Shown one piece after another: positions 39,770-50,251 of a stretch of 64,000 nt of DNA. A model generated the notes under the pieces. That model saw only the letters and a list, made by a program, of their open reading frames with translations, ran no database searches and was not told where the DNA came from. Position numbers and translations under genes: made by a program. This DNA is from an uncultured virus (IMG/VR IMGVR_UViG_3300021400_001516) (lineage: Duplodnaviria > Heunggongvirae > Uroviricota > Caudoviricetes): the IMG/VR virus record IMGVR_UViG_3300021400_001516; one strand, written 5' to 3'. The number at the start of each line of letters is the position of its first letter. Positions within the stretch are counted from its first letter, which is position 1.

Positions 39770-41170
39770 GAATATTTATGAGTACTTGAATCTGAAATAT
39801 GGTTCAAGTGCTCGTGTTTCAGATTTCTTTAATCTATGGCGAGATTCTTATGGAATAGAAGAATATGATTACTTTGATTATAAAGATCCAAGAATTCATG
39901 AATTTCTATCTTACATAATGGATCGAGCTATTGATTGGAATACTGGAAAAGAAGTAGATCTCCATGAACTTTATGAATCTCTTCTAACTTTTGGTAATTT
40001 TACACAAAAGGAGAAAAATACATTTGAGATTGGAGACCCTGATAAACATATGTGGGCAGTTATATTGTCCATTACAGATACGAATAATAGTAATAAAATA
40101 TATTAAAAAAATATGATTGAGGTAAATTTATATTCATTGCTTGAGAATAATATTAATGCTTCTGCAGGCTATTGTATAGATAGAATTAGATTCGATAAAG
40201 AAGCTCGTGGAATTAGCGTTATGGAATTCGTTAAAGGATTCCTAAGGAATAACCTAAGTCATTTTGAATCTGCACTTAAAAATAGTGATATTGTAGACTT
40301 TATTAATAGCGATATTACTATGAGAACTAAGGATTTTGCAAGTATTAATTATTACTTAGCTCAGGCAGGTTACTTAGTGCAAATTCAGAATGTTACTGAT
40401 GATGAAGATAATCCTGTATCAGTTCCCGCTGGCATTACTGAGTGGAACATTATTGATACTACTTTCCTTCAATATGATTATCCAACTACGATGAAAGTAA
40501 TTCCTGCCGATGGAATGGATGTAGTAGAAGTTCTTGATAAGATTATTGGTCAGCTTAGTTTCTTCGATCGTGATACTCTGGGGAGTGTTAGAAATCCCTT
40601 GAAAGAGTATGTAGAGAATATGAAGAAAGTAAAGAATCTTAATGGTTCAGCAAGTATCAGTCTTACCACTAAGATTTATGAGACTCTAGCAAATCTTGGA
40701 ATTAAAATTTTTACAGCACAAGGACCTGAAGGATGATTCAAGACGACTTAATAGAACTTTATAATAGTTTATTAGCTTTCAATAAAAATACAATAGTTAC
40801 TGATAATCCAATTCCAATTAAAGTTAGTTTTAGTAAAGAGTCAAATTCGTTAGTATTTGAACAAAAAGGAATTTCAATACATACAGCTTTACCTATCTAT
40901 TATAGTCTAGGACTTAATGAGATAAAGAAACCAACTTACTTGCTTCCCAGAGATTATGATTACTTAATGCAGTCTTTATCGGGAGTAATTGGAAGTGGAA
41001 AACTTTTAGAAGAAAAAGTTTGTATTAGTCCTGAAAATTATGGATTTGATATTTACTTGGTAGATTTTAGAGAATTTTGGAAAGGTCCCGATAAGATAGG
41101 AACAATCCGTTTTGTATCGGGAAATTCATGGATATTTAGACAAATAGTGAAATTTAAATTTAAATTATGA
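39720..41170 (+). CDS. Three hypothetical genes (39720-40106, 40113-40736, 40733-41170)
   Basis: ORF track; operonic spacing. Confidence 0.55.
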
Positions 41171-41613
41171 TTGAACTTGGTATAGTAAATAAGTCTGGAA
41201 ATTCTCTCCCTGAGTATAAAACTATGGGAAGCAGTGGAATGGATATTATGGCTGCGTTTCTCCCTGATTATGGTATATTACTTCAACCGGGGGAAAGAAT
41301 GCTTATTCGTACTGGACTTTATTTTGAAATTCCAGATGATTATGAAATACAAGTAAGATCGAGGTCTGGGTTATCATTAAACAGAGGATTGATAGTGTTG
41401 AATGAACCAGCCACTATAGATTCTGATTATAGAGGAGAACTTGGAGTAATTCTATATAATGCATCAGATAGGGAACAGCTTATCGAGAATGGAGATAGAG
41501 TGGCCCAGATAGTTTTAATGAAAGTAGAAAAAATAAAATTTAATGTTAAGAAAGAAATTAAAGAAGATACAGACAGAGGATCAGGTGGCTTCGGACATAC
41601 CGGAGAACGCTAA
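41167..41613 (+). CDS. dut: Trimeric dUTPase
   Basis: GMD, RSRSGL, TIDSDYRGE, GDRVAQ, RGSGGFGHTG. Confidence 0.96.
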   Translation: MIELGIVNKSGNSLPEYKTMGSSGMDIMAAFLPDYGILLQPGERMLIRTGLYFEIPDDYEIQVRSRSGLSLNRGLIVLNEPATIDSDYRGELGVILYNASDREQLIENGDRVAQIVLMKVEKIKFNVKKEIKEDTDRGSGGFGHTGER

Positions 41614-42064
41614 TATAATTGAAGAGGAAAGAAAAATGGAAGAGAATAGTGAAAATACAGTAGGATATTGTCAAACAGTTTACGGAGGTTGGAATAATGT
41701 AGATGAATGTGCTTCGGCTGTTTGGAGTAGTATTCATAGTTCTTTATTAGAGGGCGAATTAGTATTTGCCTATAAAAGTACTTCAGGGAAATCAGAGCTT
41801 CAACAATTTGTGCTTGTGAAAAATCTGTTGGGGAAAGAAGCTGATGGTTATGGAGACCTTAGGACATGTAAGAAGGCTGGATATGCTTTAGGAATGATTA
41901 CTTCAGGGTTTTCTGTATTATATCCTTATCTCTCAGAGAAATATCTACTGGAGACAGGATTAGATGACTTGAAGAAATATAAAGTGCCTGCCGATGTTAT
42001 TAAGGCCTATATAAATTTAGTTAATGCTGCTATAAAAAAGTATGGATGCGAAGAAGAGGAGTAG
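41543..42064 (+). CDS. Hypothetical protein (true start probably downstream, MEENSE)
   Basis: ORF track. Confidence 0.55.
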   Translation: MLRKKLKKIQTEDQVASDIPENANIIEEERKMEENSENTVGYCQTVYGGWNNVDECASAVWSSIHSSLLEGELVFAYKSTSGKSELQQFVLVKNLLGKEADGYGDLRTCKKAGYALGMITSGFSVLYPYLSEKYLLETGLDDLKKYKVPADVIKAYINLVNAAIKKYGCEEEE

Positions 42065-43070
42065 AATTCTTGCGATAGACTTGGGATTTTCTTCAGTTAA
42101 AGTTGCTTACTACAATGAAGAAGGAGTATTAGTACTGGAGAAATATATATCAGCGATAGCTAAAGTTCCAGAGCCTGAGATCCTAGAAGATAATGATGAT
42201 ACAGTTTTTAAGTTGGGATTAGAGTATTACGTTCTTAGTAGTGCCGCCCTTAAGGTTGCTAGAAGTTATCAATTATCTCTCGAAAGTTTTCAAGGTCTCT
42301 GTCAGGTATATCCTGCTTGGATTTCTTATCTCCTGAAGAAGTATGGTGGTGTTGAGAGGTTTGATCATGTAGCAATAGGTCTTAGTATGGCTTATGCAGA
42401 TAAAGCAGATGATCTCCTTAATACTCTCTACGATACTCTAATGATTGATAAACAGGGATACTTCATGCTATTCTCTCAGGGAAGTGCAGCAAAGAAGACT
42501 TATCAGACTTGTGCACTTAACATTAAAGAGACCACTACAAGAAATGATTATAAAATGAAGAATTATATAATCTGTGATGGAGGTTTTGAAACTATCGACA
42601 TCTGTAATGTAGTGGGAAACGCAGTAGCTGGAGCAACTGTAGGATTAGAAAATACAGGAGTTATAATGGTAGCCTATGATATCCAGGATTATCTCTATAA
42701 AAATTTCGAAATTAAAGAGAGTATAAAAGGATGTCAGGATATTCTGGATAATAATGGAATATTCATTAGGCGAGGACGTCGTTATGATATTAGTGAAGTT
42801 GTTGATGGACTAATTCAAAAATATCTAACCAATGTATTAAAACTTCTAGAAGATCGTTTTTCTGAATTTCTCGATGCTGCAGAAGGAATTCTAATGTGTG
42901 GAGGAATCTCATATCTCTTCAAAAAAGCCCTTAAAGTTGAAAGTTTTGTTAAAGAGGTAGAAAAACATTTTCCAGTATCATTTCTGCATTTTCCAACAGA
43001 AGATGCAGAGTATTATAATGTATTTTCTTATCTGAAGGTAGCAGAAAGTTTACTTGAGAAAGAAAATTAA
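42042..43070 (+). CDS. ParM/StbA-like actin-fold ATPase
   Basis: Phosphate-1 AIDLGFSSVK, phosphate-2 ICDGGFETID, adenosine MCGGISY. Confidence 0.8.
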   Translation: MDAKKRSRILAIDLGFSSVKVAYYNEEGVLVLEKYISAIAKVPEPEILEDNDDTVFKLGLEYYVLSSAALKVARSYQLSLESFQGLCQVYPAWISYLLKKYGGVERFDHVAIGLSMAYADKADDLLNTLYDTLMIDKQGYFMLFSQGSAAKKTYQTCALNIKETTTRNDYKMKNYIICDGGFETIDICNVVGNAVAGATVGLENTGVIMVAYDIQDYLYKNFEIKESIKGCQDILDNNGIFIRRGRRYDISEVVDGLIQKYLTNVLKLLEDRFSEFLDAAEGILMCGGISYLFKKALKVESFVKEVEKHFPVSFLHFPTEDAEYYNVFSYLKVAESLLEKEN

Positions 43071-43127
43071 ATCAAGGTAGTAGAATTATAGGTTGTCTTA
43101 TAGTTCTACTACTTTTTTAATATTAAT

Positions 43128-43673
43128 ATGAGCAATAATAGTAGTGATAATGTAATCAAAGGTCAAGCTTGGGTAAGTGGAAATGAATTACTTCAAGATC
43201 AGATAGTATTTCTAAATGGTATCCCAACAGAGAATACTGTAGTTTTAATTTCAGATATTTGGGACAACTTATTTAAAAATGGAGATAATAATTATACTGT
43301 AAAATCAAATAAGAAAGGTTATTTTTATTGGGAAGTCCCAGTTACCCCTATAGACAATGATAATGTTGGCCAATTAAATGAAAAGATGCTGATAGAATGT
43401 CCAAAGCCAAGAGAAGATCAATTCGACAGACTTAATGAAGTTCAAGTTGAAGAAGGAGAAGATGTCAGCGAGGTTTGGGCAAAATATTGGAAAAAGAGGT
43501 TTGATACTACCATGAAGAACGCAGAAGAGAAAATGACTATTCAAAGAAAAGAAGTTATTTTTGGTGGTTCTAATTATATAGATCCTAATGGAGAACCTAA
43601 GACTATTGAGGAAAAACATGTTCAGACAGATCATGAGCTCGGGAGTATTGCCAATCTTCTTATGATGTTTTAA
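43128..43673 (+). CDS. Hypothetical protein
   Basis: ORF track; terminator 43684-43721. Confidence 0.6.
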   Translation: MSNNSSDNVIKGQAWVSGNELLQDQIVFLNGIPTENTVVLISDIWDNLFKNGDNNYTVKSNKKGYFYWEVPVTPIDNDNVGQLNEKMLIECPKPREDQFDRLNEVQVEEGEDVSEVWAKYWKKRFDTTMKNAEEKMTIQRKEVIFGGSNYIDPNGEPKTIEEKHVQTDHELGSIANLLMMF

Positions 43674-43750
43674 TTATAACTAAGCCCTAGAGATAAAATA
43701 ATATCTCTGGGGCCTTCTTTTCCTTATATCTGCAAAAAAATAATATTTAT

Positions 43751-45919
43751 ATGCTTTTAGATAGAAATACTAGAGTACAAAAATTACAGGAAGCAAGGAA
43801 AATATTAAAAGAAGAATTTATAGGACTTGATTCTATTATAGATCAGGTAGTGAATTCAGTATCTCCTTGGTATATTACTCCTGAAATTTTAACTAGACCT
43901 ACCGTCGTATCTATCTGGGGTATGACAGGTACTGGAAAAAGTAGTGTAGTTAGAAGACTTACTGAACTTCTCTCTATAAAAGATGATACTCTTTTCTTTG
44001 ATTGTGGAGTTTGTACTGCAGAAAGAAAGGATATTATTGAGGAGATCAGTAATACTTTCGGCCACGATGATGAGGAAGAAACTAGAAGTTCTAAGAAAAA
44101 TATGGGCGGAAACTTAGTATTCGTCTTCGATGAATTTCAGTATGCTAAAACCATGAATGAGAATGGCGAAGAGGTTATAAATGCCAGTATTCGTCCTATC
44201 TGGGAACTTCTAGATTCTGGAATAATAAATATCAATGACAGATATGATTGGGAATTTGCTAGACTCTGTGAAGTTCTGGAAGACCTCGAGCCCGTGGTAG
44301 CAAAATTTTCTCATTTCAAGACCGCCGACGGAAAATTTACTGAACGTGAGGAAATTGGAGTTATTCTCGATGAAGTAGGATTTTGTTGTTATACTGAGAG
44401 AGTAGCTTTAAGAAACGGAGAAAGAAAAAAGAACTTTGGTTATAATGGTCCGGTACCAGTAACCGAAGAAGAAAAAGTTGAAGATCCCCTTGCTCCTCTT
44501 CCCATTGTAGATCCTGAACGAATTCGATATTTTCTTAAGAGGGCTAATAAAAGAGAGCCCGGTCTTGGTAAAAAGATGAATGAAGATCTTTTAAATGCTA
44601 AGACCTTTGGAGAATATTATAAGATTCTTAAGGGAGAATCTGTTATAGGGCGTGGGGGTAAAATTCTTGATTGCACTAAGTCTCTTGTCTTCGTTGTAGG
44701 AAATCTCGACGAGGCTTATCAGGTCAGCAAAGATATGAGTGCTGATGTTGATCCTGATATTTTCTATGATATCACTAAAAGAGTGAGTGTAGGGGATATC
44801 AAGAATGCACTTCTTAGGCGTTTTAGACCGGAACAGGTTGCAAGACTTGGGAATAATTTAATTAAATATCCGACATTTAAAGGAGAAGATTTTAAGAAAA
44901 TTATTGATGCAGAATTGAAGAAGTGTGTTAAGGAATTTGAAAAAACTATTCCTGAGATCAATGTAAAAATAGGGGATGAGATTAAAGATCTTATCTACCA
45001 TGAGGGAGTATTTCCTTCACAGGGCATACGTCCATTATTCTCAACTATCGGTATGTTCTTAACTCCTTACTTTTCAGAAATTGTGATGAAGAGGGAGAAT
45101 TCTAGTAGTGTATATATCGGAGTTAAAGATTATACCTCAGGATTTAGGTGCGAGACCGTCACTATTTATCTAAAGTTTGATGATGAAAGGATGATAGAAT
45201 ATCCTACTACCCTTCAGCTTGGAGAACTTAGGGACGTGAAAAATAGAAAAAAGAGATATGCAGCATCAGTACACGAGGCAGGACATGCGATAGTTCAGGC
45301 AATGACAACTGGATACGCACCCTCTAATATTGTAAGTGTTTCTGTAGATCGGGGAGGTTTTTGTGATACCTATATTAAAGATCAAGAAGGGGAAATTCAG
45401 AGTAAGCACGAACTTGAGTGTGAAATTATGGTAGGTCTTGCGGGCTACTATGCAGAAAAGATTATATTTGGGGAAGATAGACCAGAGATGATTCTTTTAG
45501 GTAGTAGTTCCGATATAGAAGAGGTTTGGGAGGCTTTTTCGACGGCCTGCTATGATGAAGGATATCTTTTTCCTTACAGTTTTGCTTCAAGGGAGACTGA
45601 AACTAATCGTAAATTTCCAAGTGGCTTTGATAGTAATGAAAAGCTTTGTACTCCCGCTGAGCCCGAATCCGTAGAATCAGCTGAGGCAATAATGTGGAAT
45701 AGATTTTCTAGATTTATAGAAGCTACTAAGAAAATTCTTAAGGATGAGGAGTTATTATTGAAAAAATTAGCTCTTCAATTAGGAGAGTTTGGATATATGA
45801 CGAAGGAAACTTTTCTACACTATGTTAGATCCTATGGGAATAAATTAACTATAGAGTCTATGGAAAAAACTCGAGAGGAATATAGTCCAGATTACTACCT
45901 TAATAAATTAATGAAATAA
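43751..45919 (+). CDS. Soluble AAA+ ATPase fused to peptidase M41 (FtsH-type) domain
   Basis: GMTGTGKS, VFDEFQ, FRPEQVARL; HEAGH, LAGYYAE, GSSSDI; no TM. Confidence 0.8.
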   Translation: MLLDRNTRVQKLQEARKILKEEFIGLDSIIDQVVNSVSPWYITPEILTRPTVVSIWGMTGTGKSSVVRRLTELLSIKDDTLFFDCGVCTAERKDIIEEISNTFGHDDEEETRSSKKNMGGNLVFVFDEFQYAKTMNENGEEVINASIRPIWELLDSGIININDRYDWEFARLCEVLEDLEPVVAKFSHFKTADGKFTEREEIGVILDEVGFCCYTERVALRNGERKKNFGYNGPVPVTEEEKVEDPLAPLPIVDPERIRYFLKRANKREPGLGKKMNEDLLNAKTFGEYYKILKGESVIGRGGKILDCTKSLVFVVGNLDEAYQVSKDMSADVDPDIFYDITKRVSVGDIKNALLRRFRPEQVARLGNNLIKYPTFKGEDFKKIIDAELKKCVKEFEKTIPEINVKIGDEIKDLIYHEGVFPSQGIRPLFSTIGMFLTPYFSEIVMKRENSSSVYIGVKDYTSGFRCETVTIYLKFDDERMIEYPTTLQLGELRDVKNRKKRYAASVHEAGHAIVQAMTTGYAPSNIVSVSVDRGGFCDTYIKDQEGEIQSKHELECEIMVGLAGYYAEKIIFGEDRPEMILLGSSSDIEEVWEAFSTACYDEGYLFPYSFASRETETNRKFPSGFDSNEKLCTPAEPESVESAEAIMWNRFSRFIEATKKILKDEELLLKKLALQLGEFGYMTKETFLHYVRSYGNKLTIESMEKTREEYSPDYYLNKLMK

Positions 45920-45937
45920 AAAAAAATAGAGAGGAAC

Positions 45938-47038
45938 TTAATTGTCCTCTCTTTTTTTTATTACTGTACCTATTGTATAGAGTTCAGTAGTTTCTAATGA
46001 TACCCATCTTCCATCATTACCTCTTACTAAATATGTAGACTCGTGACAATATCCGGGGATACTAGCTTTTATAAAGAAATCAGTTATGGTATTATATATT
46101 TTTGGATAAAATAATTTTGATTCTTCCCACTTATCATACAGCGACATTTCAATTAATACTGTATTTTTATCAAAATCTTTGGTAGGAATTTTTAAAATAA
46201 TATTCTTAGCATCTTCAATGGAAATTAGTTCTAGCGGAATAGTTTTAAATATTCCTCTTCCATGAAAATCTTTAAATTCATATTCTTCTTTGATATGTAA
46301 TACTGGAATAGCCCAATTCATTCCTCAAAAGGTATTTCTTCAATTCTAGCATAGGGAGGGTATCCATTAAAACTCTCCCATCTATACATCTTTCTTACAT
46401 CTTCTTCAGTCCATCTTCCGGGGAATTGATTATCAAGAATTTTTAGAGTTTCTCGTACTTCAATCTTTGGCTGTTGCTGTTCAAGATATTCTCCAACAAG
46501 TTTAGTTTGATCTTCAGTTCTTTTGTCTATTCCATAAGGAATATTATTATTATCTAAAAACTGCTTAAATCTAACTGCAAGAATATCTTGAGCCAAATTA
46601 CTAGCATTATCCCAGGCTTCAAACTCTTCTTCGGATTCAAAAAGATGCGGATTTTCATAAGATTTTTCAAGTTCTTCTTTAAATTTCTCAGCCTTAGATT
46701 TATCTCTAAAAGCTTTTATTGAACTTTCATAGTCGTTACTCCAATCCATGGATACCTCTACTACATTATAAATTTTATTTTCCATCATCAAATTTAATAT
46801 ATATTAATGAATTTTTAATATAGATCTCACTTATTTCTCCTTCAATTCCCTCAATTTTATTACCTACTGCAATAAAAGGGCCACCTGAGGGATCAAATGC
46901 AAATATCTTTTTTGGATCACTAGTATCATAACATACCCTCATGTAATCTAAGTTTTCATTTTTATTTGGCATAAAAAGAAATTCATTAGGATTTTCAGTT
47001 TCAATTAAAAAATAATTATTTAATTTAATTTCTTTCAT
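45938..47038 (-). CDS. Three coupled hypothetical genes (45938-46321, 46318-46791, 46775-47038)
   Basis: ORF track; first start reassigned to ATG 6 nt after promoter motif 47045-47050 (-). Confidence 0.55.
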
Positions 47039-47164
47039 TACATTTATAAGGATATGAAGTTTTCTAGAACCCATAAAATCCTTATATATGTAGATATATT
47101 GGAACGGACCCCCAAGATCTACATGGATAAAATTTTTATTGGGTCTATAAATTAAGTATAAGCA

Positions 47165-47329
47165 ATGAAGAAGCTTTTCTTGATTCTTGCAGGCGTGGCC
47201 TGCATTGGAGCCGCAGCTCTCATGGGCGACGGCAAGAAGGATAACTCAAGCGTTGATGACACCGTCATTCCCGCTGGTGATGGCGTTGGAGGTGATAACC
47301 CCGATGCCGATGATCAACCGGCTGACTAG
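47165..47329 (+). CDS. 54-aa signal/TM peptide with acidic tail (not in ORF track)
   Basis: MKKLFLILAGVACIGAAALMGDGKKDNSSVDD...; promoter 47081-47086, terminator ~47359-47388. Confidence 0.7.
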   Translation: MKKLFLILAGVACIGAAALMGDGKKDNSSVDDTVIPAGDGVGGDNPDADDQPAD

Positions 47330-47470
47330 GACAGGACGTGTCTATATCGCGCGACACTGGTTTCCCCTTAGAGGGGAACCTTCTTTTTTCCGTCTTAGAG
47401 TTATAAAGAACCCTTATATATAAGTAAAACTAGAAACCTCACGATAGTATAAGGTTAATCGCAAAAAATA

Positions 47471-47689
47471 ATGGAGAAGATTTTTCAAATCCTCCTTCAA
47501 GCCCTTCTAAATATGGGGCTTGATGTAACCTCTGCAATTTTTGTAGAGGTACTAATAATATTTCTAGGAGTAGCCGTGGTAGTCTGCTCCTTAGAGAAAG
47601 TGTTGACTACCACTACTCTCGGTCAGAGAATAACTAGAAAGGCCGAGGAAATTTTCAGTGAGGACGACACCTACCCCAAGGGGGAATAA
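47471..47689 (+). CDS. Small membrane protein
   Basis: TM helix; promoter 47413-47418. Confidence 0.6.
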   Translation: MEKIFQILLQALLNMGLDVTSAIFVEVLIIFLGVAVVVCSLEKVLTTTTLGQRITRKAEEIFSEDDTYPKGE

Positions 47690-47719
47690 AAATAGGGAGG
47701 TCGTCCTCCCTTTCGGTTC

Positions 47720-47956
47720 TTATGAACCTCTTTTTTTGCATCGAAAGTCTTGGGCATCTCGTCTTACGATATCAATACCATTATCAATCCTCTCAAGCAT
47801 AAGTTTCTCATCCTCCTCGCTAAGCTCAAAATCTTTTATACTTTTCTTAAGATTCTGAAGACCTTTTTCGGATTCCATACAAGCTTCTTCTGATATGCAT
47901 GTGTCTGCACTAATCAGATTTGCGATCATTATTATTAATACATCTTTTTTATTCAT
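47720..47956 (-). CDS. Hypothetical protein
   Basis: ORF track; ATG 6 nt after promoter motif 47963-47968 (-). Confidence 0.55.
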   Translation of the reverse strand: MNKKDVLIIMIANLISADTCISEEACMESEKGLQNLKKSIKDFELSEEDEKLMLERIDNGIDIVRRDAQDFRCKKRGS

Positions 47957-47997
47957 AACACATATAAGAAAAGAAAAGGGGCTGTGCCCCTATTTTT

Positions 47998-48381
47998 TTA
48001 CTTTTTCTTACCTTGGTGGTGTTTTGTTATCTTTCCCTTCCACTTCCCATGTCTTATGCTCGGAGATACTAAGAGATCTACCCAATTACGGTGTTTCTTA
48101 GAGGTTAAATCATGAATAACGTAATCTCCATCTAGATCTCCTGTTCCTTCGATATGAATAGTGTCCCCAAATTCATAGGGACCTCCATTCTTCTTGAGAA
48201 GGTCTGGACTAATAGCGCACCAATGTACTGTCTTATTTTTGACTTTTTGCCACGGAATTATCGATCCATCAGCAGTCTGTCTGCCTTCATTATAGACAGT
48301 GATTGTTACTGATCGGCTGTGTGCAGATAATACTAAGTTAACTGCAAGAATAGTGATCAGCAAAATAAAAAATTTTTTCAT
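47998..48381 (-). CDS. Secreted 3D-domain (MltA-like/RlpA-like) protein
   Basis: Signal peptide MKKFFILL; TVY, TADG, CAISPDL, FGD, VIHD, VDLL. Confidence 0.75.
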   Translation of the reverse strand: MKKFFILLITILAVNLVLSAHSRSVTITVYNEGRQTADGSIIPWQKVKNKTVHWCAISPDLLKKNGGPYEFGDTIHIEGTGDLDGDYVIHDLTSKKHRNWVDLLVSPSIRHGKWKGKITKHHQGKKK

Positions 48382-48447
48382 AATCTTTAAAAAATTAGAG
48401 GGTCTTTCGACCCTCATATTATTAATAAAAGTCTATATATAAGGTTT

Positions 48448-49383
48448 TTACTCGTATATATAGTATCCCTGCAGAAGATTAAATACATCTACATAGTCCA
48501 TTCCTACTTGATGGGCTGCTTGGATATCTCCATCAGACAGTCCATATTTTCCAGAATATATTCCGACATAAACGATTTCTTCGAGATTTTGCCACTCTCG
48601 ATTTACACTTAAAAGAAAGTTTTCCTTGGGCGTATGTTGTTGCATCTGTCGGAGAACTGAACAATCTCTTTCTGGAATTCTTAAGTACGCAGATAAAGAT
48701 CTTCGTAAGTAAGCTAGAGCTATGTCAGTTGAATTTTTACCTCCAAGACTTGGAATGAGATCGTAGTTTGGGAAGATTATATAAATTCGCATTGGATTAA
48801 AACTACGAATTTTTTCCCAAACATCAAACTTAGGCTTAAGGTCCCAAAGAGCTCGGGGAATTATTCCAGGTTTCCCAGCAGAATCATAAGACTCTACTAA
48901 ACAATCAAGAGCATCACATATGATTACTCTTTTTGTTTTTTGATTAGTTCTACAATCAATTCCCTGAGTTTGTTGGGTAGGAGTTTGCTGCGATTGTCCC
49001 CAGGGTCTTTGTTGCCCGGGCGTACTAAATCCCCTTCCACCATTTCCCCAGGTACCTCCACCCCAAGTAGTAGTTTGTTGTTGGGGCTTACTTTGTTCCC
49101 AGGGAAGTGTATTATTATTTCCTCCTATAGTTCCTCCTCCAAAAGTTGATTGTCCAAATTGTGGAGTAAATGGTGCATCTGCCATTCTTATAGGTTCCTC
49201 CTTTCCTTTTTGTTCCCGTGCTTGTTTATCGGCTGCCTCATCATTAAGAATTTTTTCTATTCTCGCATCTTCGTCACTGTCTTCGATGATTTCTTCCAGG
49301 GGATCATCATCTTCGGGGTGTCCGAAATAGTCTGGCGGAATAAGTTCTTTATTCTTTTCCTCCATCTTCAATTTCTGGATCAA
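48448..49383 (-). CDS. Disordered N-terminus plus HAD-like (PNK 3'-phosphatase-like) domain
   Basis: Q/G/T-rich N half; IICDALDCLV, YVG...SDGDIQAAHQVGMDY. Confidence 0.55.
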   Translation of the reverse strand: MIQKLKMEEKNKELIPPDYFGHPEDDDPLEEIIEDSDEDARIEKILNDEAADKQAREQKGKEEPIRMADAPFTPQFGQSTFGGGTIGGNNNTLPWEQSKPQQQTTTWGGGTWGNGGRGFSTPGQQRPWGQSQQTPTQQTQGIDCRTNQKTKRVIICDALDCLVESYDSAGKPGIIPRALWDLKPKFDVWEKIRSFNPMRIYIIFPNYDLIPSLGGKNSTDIALAYLRRSLSAYLRIPERDCSVLRQMQQHTPKENFLLSVNREWQNLEEIVYVGIYSGKYGLSDGDIQAAHQVGMDYVDVFNLLQGYYIYE

Positions 49384-49849
49384 CAGAATCCCTATGAATA
49401 TCTCTCTTCACTAGGATATCGTGTAACATACAATCCTGAACATCAGAAGTACATCTATGGAGATCTTTGCAGTACCTATCACACATGCCAGGGCATAAGG
49501 TATGAATAACTTCGCGAATATCAACAAGACTTCCCCTTTCGATTACGGGCTTGAACATATTTACGTCTCTCATACCTTCTTCAATAGTTCCCTTGGCTGG
49601 AATATAGTCTGCAAAGTTATCACCTTCCTCAGAGAGATCAAAACAGTAATCTTGAAAACATTTTTCAGGATTTTCAGGATCACGGGGGTCCGGCATTCTC
49701 GAACATTTATCTATTCCATAGGGACATTGAGTTTTACAGACGGGTTCGCTATTAGAATCGTCCGGAACTGCAGGCACAAATAAGAATTGTCTTTTCTTCT
49801 CTTCACCCGTTGAAGAATCTACTACTTTGAATGTTTTACCTTTTTTCAT
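49349..49849 (-). CDS. Cys-rich hypothetical protein (start reassigned to MKKGK)
   Basis: Two Cys clusters; promoter motif 49873-49878 (-). Confidence 0.6.
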   Translation of the reverse strand: MKKGKTFKVVDSSTGEEKKRQFLFVPAVPDDSNSEPVCKTQCPYGIDKCSRMPDPRDPENPEKCFQDYCFDLSEEGDNFADYIPAKGTIEEGMRDVNMFKPVIERGSLVDIREVIHTLCPGMCDRYCKDLHRCTSDVQDCMLHDILVKRDIHRDSVDPEIEDGGKE

Positions 49850-49909
49850 ATTATTTCTTAAAGTTTTACAGATATAAGAAAATTGAGGGCCGGTAGTTTC
49901 CATATATGT

Positions 49910-50251
49910 ATGAAGCAAGATTTTAATATAGAAGAAGTATTTGATCGAGTTAGTAGGATGTTTAAGGATCCTGAAAAAACTACAGCAGAATATATAAATA
50001 AGGTAACAGGAAAACTTCATCTTCCGGGGCTTACATTTAAACTTTTACCCAAGGAAGATAATGGGTGGTATGAGATTTATCCACATCCTGCTAATCCTAT
50101 CATCGGATACGGACTTGATAAGGAAACTATCGTAAGTGTATCCTTTCGAGGATTATTTATAGGAATTGGATATGAATTATCTGGGTGGATGGTTTCTGAA
50201 ATTGATTTTAAAGAAAATATAATATACTTAAAACTTCAGAAAAATGAATAA
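49910..50251 (+). CDS. Hypothetical protein (start MKQDF)
   Basis: ORF track; variant motif ccatatatgt immediately upstream. Confidence 0.55.
   Translation: MKQDFNIEEVFDRVSRMFKDPEKTTAEYINKVTGKLHLPGLTFKLLPKEDNGWYEIYPHPANPIIGYGLDKETIVSVSFRGLFIGIGYELSGWMVSEIDFKENIIYLKLQKNE

Noticed and set aside
47187..47423. Track ORF of 78 aa
   Set aside because: Alternative start, runs through terminator and next promoter; frame 47165-47329 is far more plausible
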